DNA from: Nitrospirota bacterium
Lineage (GTDB): Bacteria > Nitrospirota > Thermodesulfovibrionia > Thermodesulfovibrionales > JdFR-86
NCBI GenBank assembly: GCA_016207905.1
Contig: JACQZC010000084.1
Span: 1 to 62,022 of the forward strand
Length of the DNA: 62,022 nt
Reading direction: 5' to 3'
The notes beneath the pieces were generated by a model. The model had not been told where the DNA came from and did no database searches. It worked only from the letters and a program-made list of their open reading frames with translations. The position numbers and the translations under genes are program-made. Below, in pieces: positions 20,045 to 30,499 of this stretch. Each line of letters starts with the position of its first letter. The first letter of the stretch is position 1.

Positions 20045-20838
20045 GAATCTTTTCATCGGTAATAGCGGTATTGGCAGTTCTATTCATATCTTCCAGTTCA
20101 TTTGCCCTAAGCGCCGAAGAGATGATGAAAAAATCTCAGGCTGCATTCCTATATGCAGGGAAGGATTTCAAGGCTCGTGTGATGATGAAGCTCATAAGTA
20201 AAGGTGGTCAGGAAAGGACAAGGGAACTCACGATGCTCAGGAAAAACTACGGAGAGCCAGGCGAAGAGCAGAAATATTTCATGTACTTTTTTCAGCCTGC
20301 TGATGTCAAAGACATGACATTCATGGTCTACAAATATCCAAAGAAAGACGATGACAGGTGGCTTTTTGTGCCTTCGATTAATATGGTAAGAAGAATAGCC
20401 GCACAGGACAAACTCTCAAGCTTTGTGGGCTCTGACTTTACATACGAGGATATCTCAGGAAGGGATATAGAGGACGATACTCATGCACTTGTAAAGGAAG
20501 AAAAGCTTGGTGACAAGAACTGTTATGTAATAAAGAGCACTCCTAAGACTGCTGATGTGGATTATAGCTATAAGCTCTCATGGGTTGACAAGGCAAGCTA
20601 CCTTCCTGTCAAGGAAGAATATTATGACAGAAAAGGAGAACTTTACAAGGTCTTCACTGCTGATGAGATAAAGGATATAAAGGGATTCCCAACGGTCACA
20701 AAAAGGACGATGAAGAACCTTCAGAGCGGACATACGACGACGGTCGCTTATTTGAAGGTGGACTATGACATTGGCATCGAGGACAGCCTTTTTTCGGAGA
20801 GATACCTGAGAAAGCCTCCTAAGAAATGGATTGAATGA
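20041..20838 (+). CDS. Outer-membrane lipoprotein-sorting (LolA-like) protein
   Basis: 265 aa with a signal peptide. 4-nt overlap with the MMPL gene. The family commonly partners MMPL transporters. Confidence 0.6.
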   Translation: MRIFSSVIAVLAVLFISSSSFALSAEEMMKKSQAAFLYAGKDFKARVMMKLISKGGQERTRELTMLRKNYGEPGEEQKYFMYFFQPADVKDMTFMVYKYPKKDDDRWLFVPSINMVRRIAAQDKLSSFVGSDFTYEDISGRDIEDDTHALVKEEKLGDKNCYVIKSTPKTADVDYSYKLSWVDKASYLPVKEEYYDRKGELYKVFTADEIKDIKGFPTVTKRTMKNLQSGHTTTVAYLKVDYDIGIEDSLFSERYLRKPPKKWIE

Positions 20839-20905
20839 ATCCGCCATCTGAAAGCCCATCTGAGGAAACAGCGATAAATAATCTTTCCAAAGGAGCTGGG
20901 TTCGT

Positions 20906-22114
20906 ATGCATGCTTGCAAGAAAGAACTATTAATCACTGTTTCGTTAATACTTCTAATGCTGAACACTGCATACGGAGGAGATGTCTCCATTCATGGCTT
21001 CATACAGGGAAACTACTCTGTTAATACGGACAGGGAAAATCCAGATGGAGGTGATTTCAAATGGGCAGAAGAAAGGGTGCAGTTAAAGCTCGATGTGGAT
21101 AAGGAGCTGTTCAGGCTCTTCCTCAAGGCAGATGCCTTCTATGACCATATAGATGATGAAGCAGGTGTTGAGCTCAGAGAGGGGTATGCGGATTACACTG
21201 CCAGTAAATGGGACATTAGAGCAGGAAGACAGGTCATCACATGGGGTATTGGAGACATGCTTTTCATAAACGATGTCTTCCCTAAAGATTACGAGGCATT
21301 CTATTCAGGAAGACCCATAGAATATCTAAAGAAAGCCGTTGATGGAGTAAAATTAGGTCTTTATCCATCTGCTATGAACTTTGAATTAGTGCTAATCCCG
21401 TTTTTTGAGCCTAATACCTATCCGAGAGGAGAGAGGTTTCACTCCTCTTCGGACATTAAAGGCGATGAGCCAGCAGTAACCTTTGACAACACTGAGTTTA
21501 GCCTGAGGGCATATCGTAGCCTCAGTGGTTTTGACACATCGGTTTATATTTATAAGGGTTTTTTCAGGGCACCTTCTATGCAATCAGGAGGAGGATTTTT
21601 TTATCCTGAGCTCTCTGTATTTGGCGGAAGCATCGAAGGCTCTATAGGAGAAGGCATACTTGGGCTGGAGGCAGGATATTATGACTCAAAAGACGACAGG
21701 GCTGGAGCTAATCCATCCTTACCTAATTCCACAAGCAGGCTGATTACATCTTATAAAAGACAGCTTATGGAGGACTTTAACATTGGGCTTCAATTCTACA
21801 TGGAGTATATGCACAGGTATTCGGAATATGAAAAAAACCTGCCCTTTAGTATGTCCAAGGAAGACAAACTCTATGAGCTTATAACAGTAAGGCTCACAAG
21901 GCTTCTCATGCACCAGAATCTGACACTTTCTCTTTTTACCTTTTATAGCCCCTCTGATGCCGACTGGATGCTTAACCCTGAAGTAAAATATAAATTTACC
22001 GATAACCTCGGGGCATCCTTAGGTGGAAATATCTTTGAAGGCAATATGAAGGGACGATGGGGAGGGCTTAAGAAAAACGACAATGCCTATTTCCAGATGA
22101 GATATGAATTTTAG
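20906..22114 (+). CDS. Putative outer-membrane beta-barrel protein
   Basis: 402 aa. Signal peptide, alternating-residue beta-strand pattern, C-terminal ...YFQMRYEF aromatic terminus. Confidence 0.55.
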   Translation: MHACKKELLITVSLILLMLNTAYGGDVSIHGFIQGNYSVNTDRENPDGGDFKWAEERVQLKLDVDKELFRLFLKADAFYDHIDDEAGVELREGYADYTASKWDIRAGRQVITWGIGDMLFINDVFPKDYEAFYSGRPIEYLKKAVDGVKLGLYPSAMNFELVLIPFFEPNTYPRGERFHSSSDIKGDEPAVTFDNTEFSLRAYRSLSGFDTSVYIYKGFFRAPSMQSGGGFFYPELSVFGGSIEGSIGEGILGLEAGYYDSKDDRAGANPSLPNSTSRLITSYKRQLMEDFNIGLQFYMEYMHRYSEYEKNLPFSMSKEDKLYELITVRLTRLLMHQNLTLSLFTFYSPSDADWMLNPEVKYKFTDNLGASLGGNIFEGNMKGRWGGLKKNDNAYFQMRYEF

Positions 22115-22190
22115 GGGTCTGCTTTTAAGATATTATTCTGATTTGTTTAGAGTATAAGCAAATAATGAAAGACTTTTTTAATAGGTCACT

Positions 22191-22487
22191 ATGAAATATC
22201 GCATAGGATACTCTCCAGAAACAGAAGGGCATTTACAGGCACTAACGAGGCGTCAGCAGGTGATTGTGTTGGACACCGTAGAAAAACAACTGCAATACCA
22301 GCCTGCTGTGGAGACCATGAACCGGAAACTCATGAGGCCAAATCCGATAGCTCCGTGGGAACTTCGTATCAGGAGCCTTAGAGTTTATTATGATGTTGAT
22401 GAGGGCGAGTATGCTGTTTATATCTTGGCAGTTGGCGTCAAAGAAAGGAATAATGTTAAAATTGGAAAAGAGGTGATAAAACTATGA
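22191..22487 (+). CDS. RelE/ParE-superfamily toxin
   Basis: 98 aa. The ...WELRIRSLRVYYDVDEGEYAVYILAVGVK pattern is typical of RelE/ParE-like toxins. Confidence 0.7.
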   Translation: MKYRIGYSPETEGHLQALTRRQQVIVLDTVEKQLQYQPAVETMNRKLMRPNPIAPWELRIRSLRVYYDVDEGEYAVYILAVGVKERNNVKIGKEVIKL

Positions 22488-22741
22488 GGACTGTCGAAGC
22501 AGCAAAAGCTAAACCGCTTGCGGAGTACGCAGAAAAGGTAAAGAAAGAGCCATTAGTGGTTACTTCTGAAGGCAAGCCTGTAGCTGTTTTGGTAGGCATC
22601 AAGAATGCTGACATGGAGACTGTCTCTTTAAGCAATAATCCGCGATTTCTTGCCCTAATCGAGCGCTCGCGCACAAGGAGAAAATTGAAGGTTGGGATTT
22701 CCACGGAAGAAATGCGCCGCCGGCTGAAAATAGGCTCGTAA
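22484..22741 (+). CDS. Phd/YefM-like antitoxin
   Basis: 85 aa. N-terminal ...KKEPLVVTSEGKPVAVLVGI pattern. 4-nt ATGA overlap with the upstream toxin gene. Confidence 0.65.
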   Translation: MRTVEAAKAKPLAEYAEKVKKEPLVVTSEGKPVAVLVGIKNADMETVSLSNNPRFLALIERSRTRRKLKVGISTEEMRRRLKIGS

Positions 22742-22827
22742 GATTATCTCTAACCTAAGAAGCCTCTCAGTTCCGTAGAGGGGTAAGGTTTTTTTAATCC
22801 TATCGGCAGATTTAGGTTTCCCTGATT

Positions 22828-22909
22828 ATCTGAACTTATTCAGGTCATGGATTTTTGTTAATTTGGGGTTTCACCCCAAACCCTAGCCCTCTCCCGCAAG
22901 GGGAGAGGG
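22828..22909. repeat. Composite REP-like repeat (solo MITE end plus two short palindromes)
   Basis: atctgaacttattca matches the MITE terminus. atttggggtttcaccccaaaccc recurs inverted at 44131-44153. ccctctcccgcaaggggagaggg matches the MITE internal palindrome. Confidence 0.7.
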
Positions 22910-23260
22910 AAATGAAAACCATAGTTCATTTTTTACTCGACAAATAGATTTCAATAGTTTATTATCTAACTATAGTTTATAGGGAAGGATAAATATGAAA
23001 AAGGATTACACATACCCCTCTTAATAGAAAGAGTAAAGCAAAAGTAAAGGAAAAGTAAACAAGTAAACATGGGAATCTTTAAAAGTCAATGGGTTATGAA
23101 GACACCCCCCCTCCCCAGTAAACTAAACTTAGGAAGGGAAAAGTAGAATGAACGCTTGAACACTCAAAAAGATGATAAAACTATTGAATTAAAAGAGAAA
23201 ATCCCTGAAAACAGAGCTAAAGAATGAACATATAAAAAAAGGAGAGCGATACAAGACCTT

Positions 23261-23289
23261 TTGACAACTGTGTTGAGAGGTATTATACT
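23261..23289 (+). promoter_or_regulatory. Near-consensus sigma70 promoter upstream of phasin-like/ubiB
   Basis: ttgaca, 17 nt, tatact, located about 45 nt upstream of ATG 23332. Confidence 0.6.
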
Positions 23290-23331
23290 CTTATCATGGA
23301 AAATCTCGATAAAACCTGAAAGGAGGCTTAT

Positions 23332-23637
23332 ATGGCAGTATTCGATGTCGTAAGAAAGGCATTGCTTGCAGGCGTTGGCGCACAAGAAAAGGTCAAGGAC
23401 TTGATAGAAGAGTTCATAAAAAAAGGTGAGCTCAGTGAGTCTCAGGGCGCAAAGCTCGTGAAGGAATGGACATCTCAGGCAGAGAAAAGCACAACAGAGC
23501 TTAGCAAAAGCATCTCGGATGCAGTTACAAAGGCAATGGAAAAATTGAATCTTCCAAAAAAGGATGATATTGACAAGCTCTCCGAAAAGCTCACGACACT
23601 TTCAGAGAGGGTTAAAAAGATAGAAGAAAGGCAGTAG
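23332..23637 (+). CDS. Phasin-like small coiled-coil protein
   Basis: 101 aa, helical, charged. Directly precedes ubiB, as in many genomes. Confidence 0.5.
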   Translation: MAVFDVVRKALLAGVGAQEKVKDLIEEFIKKGELSESQGAKLVKEWTSQAEKSTTELSKSISDAVTKAMEKLNLPKKDDIDKLSEKLTTLSERVKKIEERQ

Positions 23638-25335
23638 TTGAACTTCCATAGACTAACGAGAACATATAAGACGGCAAGAAGACTCCAACAGATAATCAAT
23701 GTCTTTCTGAGGCATGGCTTTGGCAGGATTATAGACCAGATTCACTTAGGCAGGTATATACCTTTTAGAAAGAGGCTAAAGACATTTGGTCAGTGGCCTG
23801 TCCTGAAGGGACCCACTGTCCCCGAAAGACTGAGGATGGCATTTGCCGAATTAGGACCATCTTTTATAAAACTTGCCCAGCTTCTTTCGGCAAGGCCAGA
23901 CCTGATTACAGCCCGATACGCAGATGAGTTCAAGAAGCTTCAGGACGAGGTTCCTCCGTTTTCAGAGGAAGAGGCAATAAGGATTATCTCAGAGGAGATT
24001 AAAATGCCAATCGAAGGTGTATTCTTGGATTTTCATCCTGTTCCTACAGCCGCGGCATCTATTGCGCAGGTGCATCATGCAACACTCCTTAATGGACAGA
24101 AGGTTGTGGTGAAGGTCCAGAGACCTGCCATCAAAGAACAACTCGAAACCGACATCAGCATGCTCACAACGCTTTCAAATATGATGGAGAAATATATTCC
24201 TGAAAGTAGGTTTTTTAATCCATCTGGAATAGTTCAGGAGTTTTCAAAAACAGTAAGAAGGGAATTAGATTTCAGGGAAGAGGCAAGAAACTGTAATCGT
24301 TTCAGGAGGAATTTCGAGAGTAACCCGGATATATGCATCCCGAAGGCATACACCGAGTTTCTAACAGAAAAGGTTTTAGTCCTCGAGAGGATAGAGGGCG
24401 TGAGGATTGACGATATAGCAGGCATAGAGGCATTATGCCTTGACAGAAAGAGGCTTGCCAAACTGGGTGTAGATGCTTATTTCAAGATGATATTAGAGGA
24501 TGGCTTTTTCCATGCAGACCCTCATCCGGGAAACATCTTTGCCATGCCAGATGGCAGAATAGGCTTCATGGACTTTGGCATAGTTGGCAGGGTCTCGGAT
24601 GAGCTGAAAGAAACAATGGCTCATACATTTCTTGCCCTTATAAACAAGGACTTCGATAAGCTGATAGACCAGTATATAGAGCTTGGATTGGTATCCGAGG
24701 ATATAGATATAGATGTCTTCAGAAAGGAGTTTAAGGCAGACCTCACGGACTTCCTCGAGCCTATCTACGGAATGACACTCGGTGAGATTAACTTTAGCGA
24801 ATACCTTGGCACTATAATACATCTTGCAATGAAGCACAATATGAAGATACCTTCTGACCTTCTGCTTATCAACAAGGCAATGCTCATACTGGAAAACCTT
24901 GGGGTTCAGCTTGACCCTGACTTTGACTTTATCTCTTCTGCCGAGCCTTATGCCTCTAAGCTTGCAAGAAAAAGACTAAGCCCATTAAGGCTATACCGCA
25001 ATCTAAGCAAAAACATATCAGAGGCAGGCGAGTTTATTTTTCTTTTCCCAAAGCAGATGAAAAAGCTCACAAGGAAGCTCCTGAGGGACGACTTCCATAT
25101 GAAGCTCACACATATAGGACTTGAGCAATTCATAAAGGACATGGACCGCTCTTCTAACAGGATTGCCTTTGCAATGATTATAAGCTCAATTATCGTCAGC
25201 TCTGCAATAATGCATGCAACTGGCGTTGGTCCAAAGATATACGGCATGTCCATATTAGGGTTTCTTGCATTTGGCTTTGCATCCTTCCTCGGCATATGGC
25301 TTATAATATCCATAATCAGGTCAGGCAGGCTCTGA
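23638..25335 (+). CDS. ubiB: UbiB/ABC1-family atypical kinase
   Basis: 565 aa. ELGPSFIKLAQLLSARPDL, AAASIAQVH, HADPHPGN motifs. C-terminal TM helices. TTG start directly after the upstream stop. Confidence 0.9.
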   Translation: MNFHRLTRTYKTARRLQQIINVFLRHGFGRIIDQIHLGRYIPFRKRLKTFGQWPVLKGPTVPERLRMAFAELGPSFIKLAQLLSARPDLITARYADEFKKLQDEVPPFSEEEAIRIISEEIKMPIEGVFLDFHPVPTAAASIAQVHHATLLNGQKVVVKVQRPAIKEQLETDISMLTTLSNMMEKYIPESRFFNPSGIVQEFSKTVRRELDFREEARNCNRFRRNFESNPDICIPKAYTEFLTEKVLVLERIEGVRIDDIAGIEALCLDRKRLAKLGVDAYFKMILEDGFFHADPHPGNIFAMPDGRIGFMDFGIVGRVSDELKETMAHTFLALINKDFDKLIDQYIELGLVSEDIDIDVFRKEFKADLTDFLEPIYGMTLGEINFSEYLGTIIHLAMKHNMKIPSDLLLINKAMLILENLGVQLDPDFDFISSAEPYASKLARKRLSPLRLYRNLSKNISEAGEFIFLFPKQMKKLTRKLLRDDFHMKLTHIGLEQFIKDMDRSSNRIAFAMIISSIIVSSAIMHATGVGPKIYGMSILGFLAFGFASFLGIWLIISIIRSGRL

Positions 25336-25338
25336 GGC

Positions 25339-26736
25339 ATGGCTAAGAAAGAAGCCCTAAAAAAACTTCCTTCTGTTGATGAGGTATTAAAAAGCCCCTA
25401 TGGCGAGAAGTGGCTTAAGGCTTATCCGAGAAGGTTTGTCCTTGAATCGGTAAGAGAGCTCATCGACAGAAAAAGAAGGCTTATCCTTTCAGGCGAGACA
25501 GTCTCATCCTTAGATATGGAGACACTATCGCCTGAAATAAATTCCCTTATAGAGCAGTTATCCTCTTACAGCCTTATGCCCCTTATCAATGCAACAGGCA
25601 TAGTCATACACACTAATTTAGGCAGGGCTATACTTTCTAAAAGTTCAATCCAGCATATTTTGGAAACTGCCTCAAGGTATTCAAACCTCGAATATGAGCT
25701 TAAAACAGGCAGTAGGGGAAAACGCTATAGCCACATAAAAAGACTTTTAAGAGACACAACTGGCGCAGAAGACGGAATTGTAGTAAACAACAATGCAGGC
25801 GCAGTTCTCGTTTGCCTTTCAAGCCTTGCAAAGGGTAAAGAGGTGATAGTCTCAAGAGGCGAGCTTGTGGAAATCGGAGGCTCCTTTAGAATCCCCGATG
25901 TCATGCAGGCAAGTAGTGCAGTCTTAAAGGAAGTAGGAACAACAAACAAAACCCATCTTTACGATTATGAAAATGCAGTAGGCAAAGACACAGCCCTCAT
26001 ACTCAAGGTGCATCAGTCAAACTATAGGATAACGGGCTTTACAGAGGATGTGCCCATAGAGGCACTTTCCCTGCTTGGGAAGAAACATGGATTACCTGTG
26101 ATGTATGACATGGGAAGCGGATGTCTCATCGATTTAACGCCATACGGAATACAAGGAGAGCCGATTGTGGCAGATGCATTGTCAAAGGGTGCAGACATTG
26201 TGACATTTAGCGGAGATAAACTCCTCGGTGGGCCACAGGCAGGCATTATCGTTGGCAAGAAGGACTACATAGCGAGGATAGAGAAGAACCCACTTCTGAG
26301 GGCACTGAGAATAGACAAGCTTACTCTTTCTGCGCTTGAGGCAACGCTCATGGAATATATGGATGAGGATAAGGCAAAAAGGAACATCCCGTGCCTGAGG
26401 ATGCTGATTGAGCCTCCTTCCTCCATAAAGGAAAGGGCAAAAAAGGTTTCAGGAATGCTCAAAAGATATATAAAGGATGCGGATATAGATGTCATGGAGG
26501 ACTTCTCGCAAGCAGGCGGAGGTGCACTTCCCGAGGTTAATCTTAAGACATATGTGGTCTCGATAAGCACGAGAGTCCTTACACCAAACAAATTAGAAGA
26601 AAGACTAAGAAAATGTAATCCGCCTGTTATAGGAAGAATCAAGGAGAATGCACTTTTGCTCGATATGAGGACTGTAAATGGCTCTGAGATAAAACCACTC
26701 ATCAGCTCTCTAAGGACTGCCTTGAGCCAAAGCTAA
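25339..26736 (+). CDS. selA: L-seryl-tRNA(Sec) selenium transferase
   Basis: 465 aa. Collinear with E. coli SelA: INATGIVIHTNLGRA, VVNNNAGAVL, VSRGELVEIGGSFRIPDV, FSGDKLLGGPQAGIIVGKK. Confidence 0.95.
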   Translation: MAKKEALKKLPSVDEVLKSPYGEKWLKAYPRRFVLESVRELIDRKRRLILSGETVSSLDMETLSPEINSLIEQLSSYSLMPLINATGIVIHTNLGRAILSKSSIQHILETASRYSNLEYELKTGSRGKRYSHIKRLLRDTTGAEDGIVVNNNAGAVLVCLSSLAKGKEVIVSRGELVEIGGSFRIPDVMQASSAVLKEVGTTNKTHLYDYENAVGKDTALILKVHQSNYRITGFTEDVPIEALSLLGKKHGLPVMYDMGSGCLIDLTPYGIQGEPIVADALSKGADIVTFSGDKLLGGPQAGIIVGKKDYIARIEKNPLLRALRIDKLTLSALEATLMEYMDEDKAKRNIPCLRMLIEPPSSIKERAKKVSGMLKRYIKDADIDVMEDFSQAGGGALPEVNLKTYVVSISTRVLTPNKLEERLRKCNPPVIGRIKENALLLDMRTVNGSEIKPLISSLRTALSQS

Positions 26737-26738
26737 CC

Positions 26739-27038
26739 TTATTTTTTTAGCTTATTCAAAAGCAATATCGAAATCTGGTAATTTGCTCCTTCTTCCCTTC
26801 TTACGGTCTGATAGAAGTCGCAGAGCTCGCAGTTTTTGTATTTCTGTGCAAATGAGCCTTGAACATCTCCACCACACCATGTGCCTGCCACAACCCAACA
26901 TGCCCTTCCTGCGTTTTTTCCTCCATGAATGCCATTAAGCTTTGCCTCTGTAGTGGCAGGACAGATTCCATTTTGTTTTTCTCTTTTTCCACCCGGCTGT
27001 CTTCCACAACCCTTAAATTCCCAGCAGTTCCTCTTCAT
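26739..27038 (-). CDS. Small Cys-rich protein (two-CW-domain-like)
   Basis: 99 aa. NCWEFKGCG and ACWVVAGTWCGG motifs plus CELCDF. Family name recalled, not verified. Confidence 0.5.
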   Translation of the reverse strand: MKRNCWEFKGCGRQPGGKREKQNGICPATTEAKLNGIHGGKNAGRACWVVAGTWCGGDVQGSFAQKYKNCELCDFYQTVRREEGANYQISILLLNKLKK

Positions 27039-27135
27039 TTGTTACCTCCAGTTTTTCTCCCTGCCCTCTTATTATTTTATTTTGGGTCTTCGGAGATTAT
27101 ATTATATTTTATATCAACCTTTAAATTTTTTCTCA

Positions 27136-28542
27136 TCAGAATGCAAATCCCATCTGGTGTAACTTCTCTCCCGGGAAGCTTATTGGATAGTGATTATCAA
27201 AACATGCTGTACAGTAATTTTCAGGGTTTGGCACAATGTCTTTGAGTCCACCGAGATTTAGATATGAAAGGGAATCCGCTGTAATGTATTTTTTTATCTC
27301 ATCTATGGAGTGCGTGGTTGCAATTAGCTCCTGCCGTGTGGGAGTGTCTATGCCGTAAAAACATGGCCCTATATTAGGCGGAGAGCTGATTCTCATATGA
27401 ACCTCTTTTGCTCCTCCTCCTTCTCTTAGCATTTTTACGATTTTCTTACTTGTCGTGCCCCTTACTATGGAGTCATCCACCACTATGACCCTTTTGCCCG
27501 AAAGAAGCTCTTTGACAGGGTTTAGTTTTATCTTCACGCCGAAATGCCTTATGCTCTGTCTGGGCTCTATGAATGTCCTTCCAATGTAGTGGCTTCTTAT
27601 AAGTCCAAAATCGAAATGTATTCCGCTTTCCTCTGAAAACCCAATTGCCGCAGGCACTCCCGAGTCAGGCACTGGTATAACGATGTCTGCATCGACAGGG
27701 GATTCTTTTGCAAGAAGTCTTCCGAAGTTTTTCCTCAGCTGATTGACATTGTTTCCGCCAAAGATATAGCTGTCAGGACGGGAAAAATATATAAACTCAA
27801 ATATGCAGAAAGCCCTTCTTGGGCTTGAAAGGGTTTTTATCGACCTTATGCCATTGTCGTTAATAATCAGCATCTCTCCTGGCTCTACATCCCTAAGGTA
27901 TGTGCCTCCTATAAGGTCAAATGAGCATGTCTCCGAGGCAACTGCATATGTGCCATCGACCCGACCGATACAAAGAGGTCTTACGCCATAAGGGTCTCTG
28001 ACTGCTATAATCTCCTTTTCCATTAAAAGGAGGAGGCTGTATGCACCACTTACAGCCTTGAGGGCATCTAATATTCTTTCGTATACATCTTCGTTTTTTG
28101 AGTGGGCTATAAGATGAATAATGACCTCGCTGTCTGATGTGGACTGAAATATTGCGCCATCTGCCTCTAACTTTTCCCTTAACTCCTTTGCATTGACGAG
28201 GTTGCCATTATGTGCGATAGCAAGCATTCCTAAGGCAAAGTTGGCAACTATTGGCTGGACATTCTTAAGAACGCTTGAGCCTGCTGTGGAATACCTGTTA
28301 TGTCCGATGGCTATATTGCCTGGGAGGCGCTTGAGCCTCTTTTCGCTAAAAATGTCTGCCACTAATCCCATGCCTTTTTCAGTGTAAAGGTGTCTGCCGT
28401 CTGATGAAGATATTCCTGAGCCTTCTTGACCCCTGTGCTGAAGGGCATATAAGCCTAAATAGACAAGGTTTGCCGCCTCCTCGTGTCCATAGACACCGAA
28501 GATACCGCATTCCTCATGAAGTTTGTCTAATTCCATCTTCAT
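27136..28542 (-). CDS. purF: Amidophosphoribosyltransferase
   Basis: The mature N-terminal CGIFGVYG follows a short propeptide. PRTase motif [13 protein letters not shown]. Start trimmed to Met21 of the track ORF. Confidence 0.95.
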   Translation of the reverse strand: MKMELDKLHEECGIFGVYGHEEAANLVYLGLYALQHRGQEGSGISSSDGRHLYTEKGMGLVADIFSEKRLKRLPGNIAIGHNRYSTAGSSVLKNVQPIVANFALGMLAIAHNGNLVNAKELREKLEADGAIFQSTSDSEVIIHLIAHSKNEDVYERILDALKAVSGAYSLLLLMEKEIIAVRDPYGVRPLCIGRVDGTYAVASETCSFDLIGGTYLRDVEPGEMLIINDNGIRSIKTLSSPRRAFCIFEFIYFSRPDSYIFGGNNVNQLRKNFGRLLAKESPVDADIVIPVPDSGVPAAIGFSEESGIHFDFGLIRSHYIGRTFIEPRQSIRHFGVKIKLNPVKELLSGKRVIVVDDSIVRGTTSKKIVKMLREGGGAKEVHMRISSPPNIGPCFYGIDTPTRQELIATTHSIDEIKKYITADSLSYLNLGGLKDIVPNPENYCTACFDNHYPISFPGEKLHQMGFAF

Positions 28543-28626
28543 TGCAAACAAGTGATGAGAGCATAATATTTTAACATAGATTCGGGTAATTGGTCGTGTC
28601 AACCATTTTCCGTATTTTACGCTACC

Positions 28627-29832
28627 CTATTCATATCTTAAGGCAACTATCGTGTCCTGAAAGGATGCCTTTCTTGCAGGATACACGCCAAAAAACACGC
28701 CCACTGCAAATGAAAATAAAAATGCAACCACAACCGACCACCATGTGAGATGTGCTGGAAGGAATTCCACGAAATAAGGGATTCCCAAAGACATCCCTCC
28801 TCCAAATATGATTCCGCATATACCACCTATGAGACTCAGTGCAACTGCCTCTATGAGAAACTGAAACAGTATATCCCTGTTCTTTGCACCCAATGCCTTT
28901 CTTATGCCAATCTCCCTTGTCCTCTCCCTCACCGAGACAAGCATTATGTTCATTATTCCGATTCCACCTACAATCAGAGATATTGCCGCAATGCCTGCAA
29001 GGACAGCAGTCATTATATTAAGTATCTTGCTCATAACGGCAATCATCTCGTCCTGACTCAGGATTGTAAAATCCTCCTTGCCTGCATGCCTTCTTATAAG
29101 CAGTCCCCTGATGTCCTCCTTAGCAGATGGAATCTGCTCTGCGTTTTTGACCTTCACCGTTATATTAAAGAGCCAGTCAGTGTCAAAGAGCTCTCTGGCA
29201 GAGCTGACCGGTATGAAGACAACATCGTCTACATCAAAGCCTAATGCAACCCCTTTTAGCTCCATAACTCCCACTATCCTGTATTTCGTATCCGTAAGCG
29301 TTACCTTTGCGCCAAGAGGGTTTTTGTCTCCCATGAGCTCTCTTTTTACTGTTCTTCCTAAAACCGCAACGCGCCTTGCATCATCCACATCGGATGCACT
29401 GATTGCCCTTCCAACGGCAATCCTCAAGTTTCTTATATTAAAATAAGCATCTCCAACGCCTACTACATAAGTGTCCCTGCTTTTGCCTTCATGTTTTATC
29501 TTTGATGTGCCGACAATAATAGGCACTGCGTAAAGTATATTTTGGGAGCGCTTCTCTATAAGGACGGCATCCTCGTATGTGAGTTTTCTTACGGCAGATG
29601 TGCCCATGTGCATTCCGCCTTCTCTGGATGTCTTTCCGGGCACAACGACAAGAATGTTAGAGCCAAGCTCCCCAAGCTCTTTCCGGATATATCTTCTTGC
29701 CCCCTCGCCTATTGCAACAAGAAGAATTACTGCCGACACTCCGATGACTACGCCAAGCATAGTGAGGGCAGACCTCACCTTGTTTGTATAAAGTGAGTCC
29801 TTTGCTGTCCTCAGTGTCTCAATAACATCCAT
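28627..29832 (-). CDS. ABC transporter permease (MacB/FtsX-like)
   Basis: 401 aa. N-terminal TM helix, large periplasmic domain, C-terminal FtsX 3-TM bundle. Confidence 0.85.
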   Translation of the reverse strand: MDVIETLRTAKDSLYTNKVRSALTMLGVVIGVSAVILLVAIGEGARRYIRKELGELGSNILVVVPGKTSREGGMHMGTSAVRKLTYEDAVLIEKRSQNILYAVPIIVGTSKIKHEGKSRDTYVVGVGDAYFNIRNLRIAVGRAISASDVDDARRVAVLGRTVKRELMGDKNPLGAKVTLTDTKYRIVGVMELKGVALGFDVDDVVFIPVSSARELFDTDWLFNITVKVKNAEQIPSAKEDIRGLLIRRHAGKEDFTILSQDEMIAVMSKILNIMTAVLAGIAAISLIVGGIGIMNIMLVSVRERTREIGIRKALGAKNRDILFQFLIEAVALSLIGGICGIIFGGGMSLGIPYFVEFLPAHLTWWSVVVAFLFSFAVGVFFGVYPARKASFQDTIVALRYE

Positions 29833-30499
29833 TGTAACAGACCCCGTCTTTTAGGGTGATTACCCTTTCGGCAGTACTTGCAATGTCTTTTTCGTGTGTG
29901 ACCATTATGATGGTCACACCCTCTTCCTTGAGCCTTGAGAATATATTCATAATCTCTACGCCCGAATGGCTGTCTAAGTTTCCAGTGGGCTCATCGGCAA
30001 GGATTACCGAAGGATTATTTATAAGTGCCCTCGCAATGGCAACCCTCTGCTGTTCGCCGCCTGAAAGCTCAGATGGCGTATGACCTGCCCTGTCAGAAAG
30101 ACCAAGTTTTTCAAGGGTCTGGTAAGTCTTTTCCTGCCTTTCGTGTGAGGAGACCCCGCTATAAAGAAGCGGTAGCTCCACATTCTTCCATGCAGAAAAT
30201 CTCGGAAGGAGATTGAAGCCCTGAAACACAAAGCCAATCTTTCTGTTTCTAATCTCTGCAAGCTCATTGTCGGTTTTGCCGCTTATATCGGTGCCTGAAA
30301 ACAGATATAGCCCTGATGTGGGTCTGTCAAGACAGCCTATTATATGAAGGATGGTTGACTTGCCAGAGCCAGATGGTCCCATTATTGTAACGAACTCCCC
30401 TTCTTTGACCTCAAGGTCTATGCCCCTCAGCACCTCTATAGAAATCCTTGGAAGGGAATAGGATTTCTCAACTCTTTTGAGTTCAATGATCAGACTCAC
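29819..30499 (-). CDS. ABC transporter ATP-binding protein (MacB/LolD-like)
   Basis: Walker [10 protein letters not shown], signature [15 protein letters not shown], Walker [12 protein letters not shown]. Confidence 0.93.
   Translation of the reverse strand: MSLIIELKRVEKSYSLPRISIEVLRGIDLEVKEGEFVTIMGPSGSGKSTILHIIGCLDRPTSGLYLFSGTDISGKTDNELAEIRNRKIGFVFQGFNLLPRFSAWKNVELPLLYSGVSSHERQEKTYQTLEKLGLSDRAGHTPSELSGGEQQRVAIARALINNPSVILADEPTGNLDSHSGVEIMNIFSRLKEEGVTIIMVTHEKDIASTAERVITLKDGVCYNGCY

Noticed and set aside
23032-23070. Phased GTAAA motifs (gtaaagcaaaagtaaaggaaaagtaaacaagtaaaca) in the AT-rich gap upstream of the phasin-like gene.
   Set aside because: This is a short, low-complexity A-rich sequence with irregular spacing and no partner feature. 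It is likely compositional.
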